A stretch of DNA of 64,000 nucleotides from positions 6,667 through 70,666 of the forward strand of contig CAJWSW010000005.1 in assembly GCA_913046035.1 (NCBI GenBank). The letters are read 5' to 3'. This document shows, piece after piece, positions 9,746-19,838 of the stretch. The position numbers were made by a program, and so were the translations under genes. Source of the DNA: an uncultured Alphaproteobacteria bacterium. Its GTDB lineage: Bacteria; Pseudomonadota; Alphaproteobacteria; MPNO01; UBA830. Each line of letters starts with the position of its first letter. Positions within the stretch are counted from its first letter, which is position 1. The notes under the pieces are model-generated. The model saw only the letters and a list, made by a program, of their open reading frames with translations, was not told where the DNA came from and did no database searches.

Positions 9746-10804
9746 TTAAGCGCGGCGGCGCCTACCTCTCAATTCTGCCTGCTCTGCCGAGATTAGTTCG
9801 TCCATGAGGCGCCGAACTTGGATATTTGGAGCGTCGCTGTTGATATCAATTTCTGGCGCATGCGGCATTCCAGAGATACGTTTCTGCTGTTCGTTCAAGA
9901 TGACCTGATCCTCCTCAAATACTTGAGTGAACTGTGTCCTGTATACCTCGTCCCACTTGGGATCGTCGACCTTGAAGTGACGAGAATGAGCATAGAAATA
10001 ATGGGTAGAGATTTCGGTTTCCGGGGTTGGAAGGTTCATCACCTTCATCTCGACGCCTTTATCTTCGGTTACTTCACCTGGCTGCAGGTTTAAGCCAACC
10101 CCATAGGTACCTGCGTGGTTTACAATATACCCGGGCATTTCAGAAGTGGTGACCAGGAAACGATCAACATTACCTGTAAATTCGCCGGCTCTCTGATAGA
10201 AGGGTGCCGGTGGCCGGTCGGTGATCAAACGGGTCATCTTGACGCCGCGGTCATAACGCTCCGTCTTAGGTGGAAAATCTAGGATGGCATCATTTCCAAT
10301 AGACGAAGCGTGCACGTAGGATAGGTGCGTGATGTCGAATAGGTTGTCGGAAATCAATAAATAGTTTGCGTCCACGGGCATTGGCTTGCCGTTGCGGCCG
10401 GCAATCATCTTCCAGTCGGGATCGTCCAGCCACCACCAGTCAGGCAGAAGAGACACGTCGGACTTTTCTGGGTCACCAGTCCAGACCCAGACCATGCCCC
10501 AGCGCTCTTCTACTGGATAAGACCTGACCGCGGCCCCCGGTGGTATCCTGGATTGGCCCGGGACTTTAACGCATTCACCGGAAGCGTCGAACTCGAGGCC
10601 ATGATAACCGCACTGGATGCGATCAATATTTACCTTGCCCATCGAAAGGGGGAGGGCTCGGTGGCAGCAGCGGTCTTCAAGTGCGACAATGCCGCCTGGA
10701 GTGCGGAACATCACGACTGGCTCATCCAGGATGATCCGTGAAAAAGGATCATTACCTATCTCACTATCCCAAGCGGCGATATACCATGCATTTTTAAGAA
10801 ACAT
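9746..10804 (-). CDS. Rieske non-heme iron oxygenase alpha subunit (VanA-like O/N-demethylase)
   Basis: FLKNAWY, Rieske DRCCHR...CGYHG, and mononuclear iron site DNLFDITHLSYVH...ED. Confidence 0.92.
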   Translation of the reverse strand: MFLKNAWYIAAWDSEIGNDPFSRIILDEPVVMFRTPGGIVALEDRCCHRALPLSMGKVNIDRIQCGYHGLEFDASGECVKVPGQSRIPPGAAVRSYPVEERWGMVWVWTGDPEKSDVSLLPDWWWLDDPDWKMIAGRNGKPMPVDANYLLISDNLFDITHLSYVHASSIGNDAILDFPPKTERYDRGVKMTRLITDRPPAPFYQRAGEFTGNVDRFLVTTSEMPGYIVNHAGTYGVGLNLQPGEVTEDKGVEMKVMNLPTPETEISTHYFYAHSRHFKVDDPKWDEVYRTQFTQVFEEDQVILNEQQKRISGMPHAPEIDINSDAPNIQVRRLMDELISAEQAELRGRRRRA

Positions 10805-10920
10805 GCTTCTATCCTCTAGATAAAGCGCAGCTGAAATAATAACTCTCGCCGGCCTTGTGAATCAATTCACGACTTTCGGACCATCGGGAATAAACGCTTC
10901 GGTCATGCACGGACTCTGCT

Positions 10921-11697
10921 TTAAGACATCACCGTACCGCCATCAATGGCGATGGTTTGGCCGGTCACAAATGCGCTGGCATCTGAAGCCAACCACATCA
11001 CCGTGCCAATAATATCCTGCGGGTGTGGATTGCGCTTCAGGCTCTGGTCATTTTTGATCACGTCCATCGCGCTGCTTAGTTTTTCGCCGAAAAACTCTGT
11101 CGTTCCTTCCGTAATGACCGCGGTGGGCGCAATCGCATTAACGCGGATCTCATTTCGGCCGAGTTCACGGGCGAGGCCCCGCGTCATGCCGATTACAGCG
11201 GCCTTCGATGTTGTGTAATGCAGTGCGAAAGGGAGTCCATAGGTCGCAGCTAACGAGGCAACGTTGATAATTGAGCCAGCACCTGAGTCCTTCATATAGG
11301 GCACAACCGCCTTGCAGCAGTTCCAGATACCTTTGACATTGACTGCCATGCAACGGTCCCATTCTTCTTCATCGAGCTGGTCGAAACGGCCGCCGGTCAG
11401 ATCGCCATAGAGGGCCGCATTATTAATCAGGACATTGATGCAGCCGAAGGCTTCAATAGCGCTACTCGCCATTGTCGACACTGTGCCCGCATCGGTCACG
11501 TCTAGCTGAGCGCCTAGTGCAATGCCGCCATTAGCCTTAATTTGGCGGATTGTATCGCTACAATCCAAAACATCGCCGGCAATGACCTTTGCGCCTTGCC
11601 CTGCTGCTTCGATCGCATAAGCTTGCCCCAACCCCCGGCCGGCGCCAGTTACAATGACGACTTTTCCCTCAAGCATTTGTCTAAATCCATATTTCAA
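10921..11697 (-). CDS. SDR family oxidoreductase
   Basis: TGAGRGLG, NNAA, YTTSK, IDGG; the start may be at 11676 (MLEGK). Confidence 0.92.
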   Translation of the reverse strand: MKYGFRQMLEGKVVIVTGAGRGLGQAYAIEAAGQGAKVIAGDVLDCSDTIRQIKANGGIALGAQLDVTDAGTVSTMASSAIEAFGCINVLINNAALYGDLTGGRFDQLDEEEWDRCMAVNVKGIWNCCKAVVPYMKDSGAGSIINVASLAATYGLPFALHYTTSKAAVIGMTRGLARELGRNEIRVNAIAPTAVITEGTTEFFGEKLSSAMDVIKNDQSLKRNPHPQDIIGTVMWLASDASAFVTGQTIAIDGGTVMS

Positions 11698-11723
11698 ACG
11701 TTGTTACGTCGGTCCAGGAAGAG

Positions 11724-12284
11724 TTATACATCATCTTTTTGCGTGCAGCGCATCTTGAGTTTCAGGCCGGCGACAGTGTATACGTCAAGATCACAAATCG
11801 ATGCGATCTCGGAGATCGGTAGACGAGTTTCGCGAATTAACACTCTTGCGTGGACTATCGGATTGCGCCGGCGGCTGTTTTTGGGTGTCTGAAAATCGCG
11901 AGCGGTTTTTCTCTCCTCGCGGCGACGTTCTTCCGCATCGAGACCTCGGCCATAGGCGGCTTTAAGAGCTTCTTCGTGCCTTGCCTTGTCGCTTCGAGCG
12001 CGGACCTCGGCATTTCTTATGAATTTCGCCATCTCCGCGAAAGTTCGTTCCCGTACGGCTGTCTCGGCCTCGGAACTTTCACGGGGGGGACGCGATTTAG
12101 CCTGCTGACTACTGAATTGCTGGAAGGCTGCACCACCTGTCCGCGCTGCTTCTTCTAGAGTTAATCCATGGCGCTTGGCCATTCGTTCTGCTGCTTTTAA
12201 TGCATTTCGGCGCTCGCCTTCAAATGGACTTTCGTTTGCCATGAGAAGAAGATTATGGAAGCGATCACGTTCCGATTGTGTCAT
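11724..12284 (-). CDS. Hypothetical protein with a DUF2786-like N-terminus and a possible C-terminal HTH
   Basis: LLLMANESPFEGERRNALKAAERMAKRHGL resembles DUF2786; charged helical middle; C-terminal LPISEIASICDLDVYTV. Confidence 0.6.
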   Translation of the reverse strand: MTQSERDRFHNLLLMANESPFEGERRNALKAAERMAKRHGLTLEEAARTGGAAFQQFSSQQAKSRPPRESSEAETAVRERTFAEMAKFIRNAEVRARSDKARHEEALKAAYGRGLDAEERRREERKTARDFQTPKNSRRRNPIVHARVLIRETRLPISEIASICDLDVYTVAGLKLKMRCTQKDDV

Positions 12285-12468
12285 TCCACTTGAAATTATT
12301 CAGCTCCGATGCAGGGATATTTGCGCCACGCAGTATACATTTATAACGTTTTGCCGGTGAGTTTTTGGGCGAAGGTAATGGTTGGTCCGGTGCCGCTTTT
12401 GTTTTGAAAATCCTTGTACATGCCATGCCGCCTCCGGGCTTAGCGCAAATCTAGCTGGAGCTCGGCTC

Positions 12469-13497
12469 TTATAGCTCTCGACGCACAATGGTTGCGCCAT
12501 CGCACATGGCCTTTAGCTTGCCGAAGGCAACATCGCGGCGCATGTATTTCATCCCGCAATCGGGAGCGACGATGATCCGATCAGCGCTTACATAATTGAA
12601 AGCTCTCCGAATGCGATCCGCGATGGTGTCGGGGGTTTCGATTTCTTCGGTGCTGAGGTCGAGAACGCCGAGGATAATTTTTTTTGAGGGCAATTCGTTG
12701 AGTATTTTGAGGTCAAGGTTAGACTGGGCTGTTTCGATTGATATCTGGTCGGCCGAGCACTCCTCGAGCTCTTGCAAGAAGGAATATCCCTCAGGACGCT
12801 CATGAACGACATGCGCGTAGCCGAAACAGATATGGACTGCCGTTTCGCCTTCGACCCCCTCAAGTGCCCGGTTGATCGCTTTGATCGCGTATTGCTTTGC
12901 TATGTCAGGCCTTGCCTGCATGTAGGGTTCATCCAGTTGCACTACATCCGCGCCTGCGGTGAAGAGTGCGTGGATCTCTTCATTTACGGCGGCGGCATAG
13001 TCCATTGCGGCTGCCTCATCTGAATCGTAAAAGTCGTTTTGTGCTTGCTGCGTCATAGTAAAAGGACCGGGCAGCGTGATTTTAACCTTACGATCTGTAG
13101 CAGCGCGAAGAAATTTGACGTCATCAACCTCGATTGGGCGTTTTCGGCGAATGGGTCCGGAGATACGGGGCACCGGGTTTGGGTGACCGGTCCGATCGAT
13201 TGCAGTGCCTGGATTTTTAGTGTCTACGCCACCCAATGCTGTTGCAACACGGTTAGAGTAACTCTCACGCCGCACCTCCCCGTCCGTAACAATATCTATC
13301 CCCGCCCTTTCCATATCGTGGATTGCAAGAAGGGTGGCATCATTCTGCGCGCTCTCAAGAAATTCTGGATCGACACGCCATATTTCGTGAGCTCTTATCC
13401 TCGGGGGGAGCCGCCCCTTAAGATTGTTGCGATCGACTAACCATTCAGGCTGTACATAACTACCTACGACAGTTGTAGGAAGCAGTTCATTCGTCAT
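12469..13497 (-). CDS. Cobalamin-independent methionine synthase II family protein (catalytic core domain only)
   Basis: PTTVVGSY, TDGEVRR, LPGPFT, QLDEP, Zn ligands HICFG and APDCG; 342 aa with no N-terminal MetE domain. Confidence 0.88.
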   Translation of the reverse strand: MTNELLPTTVVGSYVQPEWLVDRNNLKGRLPPRIRAHEIWRVDPEFLESAQNDATLLAIHDMERAGIDIVTDGEVRRESYSNRVATALGGVDTKNPGTAIDRTGHPNPVPRISGPIRRKRPIEVDDVKFLRAATDRKVKITLPGPFTMTQQAQNDFYDSDEAAAMDYAAAVNEEIHALFTAGADVVQLDEPYMQARPDIAKQYAIKAINRALEGVEGETAVHICFGYAHVVHERPEGYSFLQELEECSADQISIETAQSNLDLKILNELPSKKIILGVLDLSTEEIETPDTIADRIRRAFNYVSADRIIVAPDCGMKYMRRDVAFGKLKAMCDGATIVRREL

Positions 13498-13940
13498 TTT
13501 GCTATCTTTTCATTTTCTTCAAAACTCAGTTTAACCGTGCCATCAGAGTTCATATGGACGGAGCGAAAGAAGCATGAGTTGTAGCCGACATGACAAGCGC
13601 CTGGGCTCCGCGGCCGAACCTTCAGTAAAACTACGTCTTGGTCACAGTCCGTCCGAAGCTCGATTACCTCCTGGATCTGACCACTAGTTGCACCTTTATG
13701 CCATAATTCACCGCGGCTGCGGCTCCAATACCAGGCCTCGCCTGTACGAAGTGTGCACTTAAGGGCCTCCTCGTTCATCCACGCAAACATGAGGGTCTCT
13801 GCGGTATCAGCATCTATGGTAATAGCCGGTATTAAACCCTGCTCATTGAACTGAGGCGAAAACAGGTCGCCCTCTTCCAGGATGTCCTTAGGCAGCCGTT
13901 GGGCAAAAACAGGTTCCGGCAATAGGCCGGACATCGTCAA
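13494..13940 (-). CDS. hisI: Phosphoribosyl-AMP cyclohydrolase
   Basis: [43 protein letters not shown]. Confidence 0.96.
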   Translation of the reverse strand: MTMSGLLPEPVFAQRLPKDILEEGDLFSPQFNEQGLIPAITIDADTAETLMFAWMNEEALKCTLRTGEAWYWSRSRGELWHKGATSGQIQEVIELRTDCDQDVVLLKVRPRSPGACHVGYNSCFFRSVHMNSDGTVKLSFEENEKIAK

Positions 13941-14539
13941 CCCTTCCTGATCATCGTCAAGAATTCGCGCCGCGTCGACGGATCGTCGCGGAAGACGCCC
14001 AGCATTTGGCTTGTAACTGTGTCGGCGCCTGGCTTATGAACGCCGCGGGTGGTCATGCACTGATGCCTAGCTTCGATTACCACGGCCACGCCTTGTGGCT
14101 TGAGAACCTTATCGATGGTGGATGCTATATCTACAGTAAGTTTTTCTTGGATTTGCAGCCGCTTGGCGAAAATTTCAACGACACGTGCTAGCTTACTAAT
14201 ACCGACGACACGATTTGCCGGGATGTATGCTACATGGGCCCTACCTATGATTGGAACCATGTGATGTTCGCAATGGGATTCCAGTTCTATGTCGCGAACC
14301 AGAACCATTTCATCGTATCCTCCTGACTCTTCGAAGGTTTTTGCTAAAACATTCTCAGGATCCATATCGTATCCCGAAAAGAATTCTGCGTACGATCGAA
14401 CGACACGATCCGGCGTTTCGATGAGACCTTCTCTGGTAGGGTCGTCGCCTGCCCATCGTATCAGTGTTCTGACAGCTTCCTCCGCCTCCTCCTTGCTCGG
14501 CGTTCCTGAAAGAGTCGTGGGGTCTGCAATTGCGTCCAT
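13937..14539 (-). CDS. folE: GTP cyclohydrolase I (type IA)
   Basis: [45 protein letters not shown]. Start revised to ATG 14539, which has an AAGGAG RBS. Confidence 0.97.
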   Translation of the reverse strand: MDAIADPTTLSGTPSKEEAEEAVRTLIRWAGDDPTREGLIETPDRVVRSYAEFFSGYDMDPENVLAKTFEESGGYDEMVLVRDIELESHCEHHMVPIIGRAHVAYIPANRVVGISKLARVVEIFAKRLQIQEKLTVDIASTIDKVLKPQGVAVVIEARHQCMTTRGVHKPGADTVTSQMLGVFRDDPSTRREFLTMIRKG

Positions 14540-15064
14540 AAGAATTCTCCTTATATCCCATAATAAGGAACCCACCGTTATCGTCAAAATATTTTGCGGG
14601 TTGCGCCGACTGTCCTGGATTTGAAGCCGAATTGGATAAAAAGAAAACTCAACGAACTCGTGTTATGATATCTGCTTTTGCGCCCCCATTTTCTGCGAAG
14701 AAAAGTAAGAAAACGCGAGTTTTAATATTAAACAAAAAAAGATTTAAACATCCCAAACTTGCTCTTCATCGTCGCTTTGAAAAAAGCAAGAATGCCCGCT
14801 CTACATCATGGCGATCTTCCGCACAATGCCGTCGGTTTCTGCTGACCAGGTAAAAATAATCGGCATTTGCGATCTTGTATAAGTGCTGAATATCGACGAA
14901 CACGCCGCGAGGCGATATTGTGTGGCCGCGTCAAATTGAGGAAAGCTGGCGTGCAGTGATAATCAGGGCACTTTCCCGAACCTCTCGGAATACTGCGGCG
15001 CAAATAGGGGAGGTCACAGGTGCCCAGTTCGCCTAGGGGCCACAAAATTGAACCGCGTTGAGAA

Positions 15065-15652
15065 ATGACCCTCGTCGAAAACGGAAATCTGTGGGCTGAC
15101 ATTCGAAGCCCAGCAATGCGCAAGACACGTCGAGGCCTTTTTCTTGACAGAGATGGGACTTTGATTGAATTGGTCGATTATCTCGCCGACCCTGGAAAAG
15201 TGACCCTCTTAACCGACACTGTTTCGGAGGTGCGTAGGGCAAACTCTGCTGGGATTGCCGTTGTTATCGTGACTAATCAGTCGGGAATTGGCCGCGGATT
15301 ATACCAATGGGCTGATTTCGAGGCGGTGCAGGCCAGGGTCATTGAGCTTTTATTAGAAGCAGGCGCAAAAATCGATGCAGTCTATGCCTGCCCACACCCT
15401 CCGCCGGACGCAGGGGGGCCCCTTGTATCTGCATATCGCAAACCGGCACCAGGTATGTTGATGCGTGCGTCAAGGGACCTCGGCCTCGATTTGGCGACGA
15501 GCCGCATTATTGGCGACAGCGTCTCCGATCTTGCGGCGGGGAAAGCTGCAGGGATACCTGTGGGCATTCTTGCTGGAACCGGCCATAGTGAGCGAGATGC
15601 AACGGCGGTTAAAATGCTCGCTGATGAAGAGTTCGAGGTTAATTTCTTTTAG
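15065..15652 (+). CDS. gmhB: HAD-IIIA phosphatase, D,D-heptose 1,7-bisphosphate phosphatase-like
   Basis: FLDRDGTL, VTNQSGIGRG, CPH, RKPAPGM, IGDSVSD. Confidence 0.85.
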   Translation: MTLVENGNLWADIRSPAMRKTRRGLFLDRDGTLIELVDYLADPGKVTLLTDTVSEVRRANSAGIAVVIVTNQSGIGRGLYQWADFEAVQARVIELLLEAGAKIDAVYACPHPPPDAGGPLVSAYRKPAPGMLMRASRDLGLDLATSRIIGDSVSDLAAGKAAGIPVGILAGTGHSERDATAVKMLADEEFEVNFF

Positions 15653-15815
15653 CCACTATCTTCTGCGATTATTCCTTAAGTTTCGCAACGATCAGAATAT
15701 TTCATTCTGTAAAGTGGGTCCGGAGCCCTTTTGGTCTATTCCATGCTGTGAGGATTTAGAGCTAATTTTACGTTCTGCAGTTCTACCAACCGACGCGTGT
15801 TAAAAAGGACGTTGG

Positions 15816-16742
15816 CTATAGGAGCCGCGGCCTGGGCGTTGGGGTAGAAAAAATTGCCATAAAGGTTATTGAAATCAACGCTGGGATTGACCGGATTATT
15901 GCAAGGGTAGCTTTTTTTTGCTGGTTTTTTTTTCGGTATGCATGCATTGCTTCAAAATATACGGCCAAGGTTCGCATCCAAAGATTGGTGTATTTGCCTG
16001 ATGAAAAACTTGGTGCGAACCTAAGTGCAATATCTAGGCAGCACTTAATCCGACGCTCTGTATGAGCTGTGATACTGCCTTCTGTCACGTGGTAGTGGGT
16101 AAGAGCCTCATCGAAAACTTCAAAGGGAATGGAACGGTCCTGCAGGATAGCGAGCCAGAGGTCGAAATCCTGCGCGTTAGGCAATGATGGGTCAAAGCCG
16201 CCCGCTGCAGTTACTAGGTCGCGGCGAACAACTAATGTTGACGTCGCCAGGTATCCCCTACGGTAAAGTGAGGAGTATGGATCCGGCCCTTTCCGAAACC
16301 GAGCCGCGCAGTCGACCGCCGATGTGGTGCCGTCGGCAGCTATCGCAGCATAGTTATGCGCGACTAACTCGAGCCCGCTATGTTCCATTACTGCGAAGCT
16401 TCGCGATAATTTTTCAGGAAGCCAAGCGTCGTCTGCATCAAGAAAGGCGAGGTAAGTAGATGTAGCAGTTTTTACAGCAAGGTTCCGTGCGGCGCCGGCG
16501 CCCGCGTTTTCCTGGTGAATTACTGTGTACTTTGTGTCCTGAAATTTATCGCAAAAGATTTCAGCCACGCTGCCAGTGTTGTCTGGTGAACCGTCAATGA
16601 CGACAATTACTTCCCGAGGCGGTTTGGACTGGGCGATAACGCTATTTAAAGCCCGCGCGATTGTATGCTCGGCTCGGTAAGCCGGTATTACAACGCTAAC
16701 GTCTAATGGTTGGGCCCTCATGTTTTTAGGTTTACCATACAT
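15816..16742 (-). CDS. Glycosyltransferase family 2
   Basis: VSVVIPAY, VIDGSPD, NAGAGAARN, FLDADD, QDFDLW. Confidence 0.92.
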   Translation of the reverse strand: MYGKPKNMRAQPLDVSVVIPAYRAEHTIARALNSVIAQSKPPREVIVVIDGSPDNTGSVAEIFCDKFQDTKYTVIHQENAGAGAARNLAVKTATSTYLAFLDADDAWLPEKLSRSFAVMEHSGLELVAHNYAAIAADGTTSAVDCAARFRKGPDPYSSLYRRGYLATSTLVVRRDLVTAAGGFDPSLPNAQDFDLWLAILQDRSIPFEVFDEALTHYHVTEGSITAHTERRIKCCLDIALRFAPSFSSGKYTNLWMRTLAVYFEAMHAYRKKNQQKKATLAIIRSIPALISITFMAIFSTPTPRPRLL

Positions 16743-16805
16743 TCCACAAAACAGTTTTAGCTTAGTTAGTTAACCGGAAACGTATTTACGGCGCTCACAC
16801 CTCAC

Positions 16806-18881
16806 TCATTTTTTGAATGAGAGGACCCCGTCTATTGCTAGCGGAGGCATTCCGGTGGGACCTAAAAATAAGGGGTTTATTTCCGCTTCGATCAAACGTT
16901 CATTGATGCTTTCGCACATATGCATGAACCGAGCGATAGTCTCCACGAGGTTCTCAAGATCAACCGGCTTGGCACCGCGGTATCCGTTGAGGAGTGGCAT
17001 TATTTTTAATGATGCAATCATTCTGCAAATATCGTTCGGGCTCGCTGGAAGAACACAAAGCGCAATGTCCTCGAACAAGTCAGCTAAAATACCGCCTGCC
17101 CCGATCATTACGGCAGGGCCGAGTGCGGGATCATTGCGATATCCTAATATCATCTCAATTCCCCCTGATAACTGTTCCTGAATGAGAAATCCTTCTTTCG
17201 AATAAACTCCGTGAGCGGCGACACTAGCCGCTATATCATCACACACTGATGCGGCGTCTTGAGGCGCTACGTTTAGCCGAACCCCTCCGACGTCTGTTTT
17301 ATGTGGTAGAAGGCGCGACAGAATTTTAATGGCGACGCGTTCACCTATTTTCGTTGCGGCCTCGACGGCTGCAGCGCTGTTGTCGACAACTACCTCCCGG
17401 ACTGAATTGATGCCGAATTCGGCGAAGACTCTTTTAGCCTCAAATTCGTTGAGTGTGCCGGTTAGATCGCACGCTTTTTCTGCCGAAATTAATACCGGTG
17501 AACGACTTTCAAATATTTTTTTACACGGTAACAACACTTTTAAGAGGTTCGCGCACGCTTCGGGCGTTTCAAAGGCTGGAACGTTTGCTTCATTAAGCCG
17601 GGCAACAATAGCAGGCGCATGAGGGCTGGAGTAAACGACGATCGGGATGACTTCCGTCGCCACTGCACGAATTACGGGATCAGCCACCATGTATGGCCGG
17701 CCTACTGAAGACGATCCGACGACGGGCAGGATGGCGTCGTACTCGTTGCTAGTCGACAGCGTCATGATCGCTTGATAGACGATTTCGGGATCCAAACCGG
17801 CCAGTGTCAGGTCGACAGGGTTACGATCGCAGTTGAAGCCTTCATCTTTTAATAGTTCACCTAGTTTCCGGGCAGTTTTGGGTGAAGGCGGTGGCGTCTC
17901 AAAACCGCTCATACCGCAGACATCGGCAACAAGGCCCGCAGCCCCCCCTGTGTGTGTCAAAATTGCGAGGCGGTTGCCACTGACAGGTGAAGACAACGAG
18001 AGACCAGCCGGCAAGTCAATTAGATCGTCATACCGGTTGACCCGGATCGCGCCAGTTTGTCGAAAAAACCCGTCGAAAACTTGATCCTCACCAGCCAATG
18101 CACCGGTATGGGATGCTGCAGCATGTGCACCTGGATCGGACTGACCGACTTTATACACTACCAATCTTTTACCTGCATTAGCCAAGAGGGTGGCGGCATC
18201 CCTAAAGTCGCTCGGTCTTCTGATTGTCTCTAGATAAAGCGCAACCACTTTCGTCTCTGGGTCATCGGCGAGAAACGTCATCACATCGCTTACATCGATA
18301 TCGGCTTCGTTCCCCGTTGCAGCAAGATGAGATAGCCCGACGCCACGTGCGACAGCCCGAGATAATAAAGACCCAAGGATGCCCCCGCTCTGCGACACTA
18401 CCGCAACACCGCCACTCCTCAGCCCTTCGGCGTCTAGAGCACCGGACGCTGAAAGCGTGACCCCGTCAGTAACGTTTAGCAATCCGATGGTATTCGGACC
18501 AAGGAGGCGCATGTCTTGGGCGGCGCCCATGAGAGCGTCCTGTCTACTGCTTCCTACGTCACCTGTTTCTGCGAAACCGCCTGCCAAGACAATCGCTGCT
18601 CTGCAGCCCTTATCTGCAAGACTTTTTACCGCGGCGATCGAATTTCTAGGGCTTACGAGGATAACTGAAGCGTCTGGCGCACCAGGCAAGCTTTCAATGT
18701 CGGGAAAGCAGCGATAACCTTCAATCCTGTTGGCTCGTGGATTGACGGGCCAAACATCGCCGGTAAAACCGTGTTTCTTAAGAAAATGTAAGGGGCGACC
18801 ACCAACCTTCTTTGGGTCTGTTGATGCACCAATTATTGCGACACTGCCCGGCCGAAATAGACGGTCGAGAAATTTAGCCAC
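16806..18881 (-). CDS. Acetate--CoA ligase (NDP-forming) family acyl-CoA synthetase
   Basis: CoA-binding AIIGAS, LGPNTIG, SQSGG, phospho-His SHTGALAG, ATP-grasp HKTDVGGV and EINPL. Confidence 0.92.
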   Translation of the reverse strand: MAKFLDRLFRPGSVAIIGASTDPKKVGGRPLHFLKKHGFTGDVWPVNPRANRIEGYRCFPDIESLPGAPDASVILVSPRNSIAAVKSLADKGCRAAIVLAGGFAETGDVGSSRQDALMGAAQDMRLLGPNTIGLLNVTDGVTLSASGALDAEGLRSGGVAVVSQSGGILGSLLSRAVARGVGLSHLAATGNEADIDVSDVMTFLADDPETKVVALYLETIRRPSDFRDAATLLANAGKRLVVYKVGQSDPGAHAAASHTGALAGEDQVFDGFFRQTGAIRVNRYDDLIDLPAGLSLSSPVSGNRLAILTHTGGAAGLVADVCGMSGFETPPPSPKTARKLGELLKDEGFNCDRNPVDLTLAGLDPEIVYQAIMTLSTSNEYDAILPVVGSSSVGRPYMVADPVIRAVATEVIPIVVYSSPHAPAIVARLNEANVPAFETPEACANLLKVLLPCKKIFESRSPVLISAEKACDLTGTLNEFEAKRVFAEFGINSVREVVVDNSAAAVEAATKIGERVAIKILSRLLPHKTDVGGVRLNVAPQDAASVCDDIAASVAAHGVYSKEGFLIQEQLSGGIEMILGYRNDPALGPAVMIGAGGILADLFEDIALCVLPASPNDICRMIASLKIMPLLNGYRGAKPVDLENLVETIARFMHMCESINERLIEAEINPLFLGPTGMPPLAIDGVLSFKK

Positions 18882-18883
18882 GA

Positions 18884-19687
18884 CTATTTCTCTCGATTGA
18901 GAAAAGCGGTGACTGCTTTTCGGTGTGAGTCTGTGGTGTAGCAGATGCCCTGAGCTTGGCTGCCGAGGGCGAAAATTTCCTCCGCTGTGGACTCAAAGCT
19001 TTTGTTCATTATCGACTTTGTTAATGCAATCGCATCGGGCGATCCAACCGTCATTGATTTCGCCATTGTAACGGCATCCTCGATTAGGCATTCGGGCGCA
19101 GAGACGCCCTCGATCATATTGATAGATAATGCTTCGTCGGCATCAATTCTACGGCCTGAAAAGATCAGCTCCTTTGCTCGAGCCAGACCTACGCGGCGGG
19201 GCAGAAAATACATACCACCGCCATCGGGGATCAGTCCGCGGAGCGCGTAACTCATTACGAAGTTTGCGTCGCTAGCACCAATAACGAAATCGCAACAGAG
19301 TGCGAGATCCGCACCCAAGCCTGCGGCAGCGCCATTTACGGCAGCGACAGTTGGCTTTGGTAAGTCATGTAAAGTCGTAAGAAGATGATGAGTGCGCCGC
19401 TGACGGTGCCAACCGTTTATGCCGACACGCCCGGCTGGCGCAGAAAGACGATCCTGCATTGCTGCAATATCACCCCCTGCGCAGAAACCTTTACCTTGGC
19501 CCGTTAACACTATGGCTGCGACATCTGTTGACTGGTCGGCCCAATGTAGCAAAGAGGTGAGTTCGGACCGCATTTCATTGTTGACCGCATTACGTTTCTT
19601 AGGTCGGTTTAACGTGAGGATTGCGACATTATCGCGGAGTGTTATGTCTACTAAAGTAGTATTTGGTTGCGTCAAAACTGCTTCCAT
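18884..19687 (-). CDS. Enoyl-CoA hydratase/isomerase family protein
   Basis: LNRPKKRNA, FCAGGD, AAVNGAAAGLG, GLIPDGG. Confidence 0.92.
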   Translation of the reverse strand: MEAVLTQPNTTLVDITLRDNVAILTLNRPKKRNAVNNEMRSELTSLLHWADQSTDVAAIVLTGQGKGFCAGGDIAAMQDRLSAPAGRVGINGWHRQRRTHHLLTTLHDLPKPTVAAVNGAAAGLGADLALCCDFVIGASDANFVMSYALRGLIPDGGGMYFLPRRVGLARAKELIFSGRRIDADEALSINMIEGVSAPECLIEDAVTMAKSMTVGSPDAIALTKSIMNKSFESTAEEIFALGSQAQGICYTTDSHRKAVTAFLNREK

Positions 19688-19838
19688 TCATGCCTCCTGC
19701 TCTTTTTGTGTTGGAGGTGTTGTAAGCTCTTTGACTAACCAAGAAAACGGATCGTTCGAAAATTAGCTAGTCCTGGATTGGTTTGTGCAGAAGCATCCGG
19801 CATATTGAATATTTAAAAAAGGAGAAATAAAGGGCGCC

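Noticed and set aside
14660-14676. Zur box upstream of the Zn-enzyme genes folE-hisI-metE-like
   Set aside because: TGTTATGATATCTG matches only one half-site.
14632-15242. Short ORFs in and next to the folE-gmhB intergenic region
   Set aside because: No recognisable motifs or RBS, low complexity or overlapping gmhB; probably chance ORFs.
15065-16742. Horizontally acquired LPS island (gmhB plus GT2)
   Set aside because: Only two convergent genes, with no integrase, tRNA, direct repeats or clear compositional shift.
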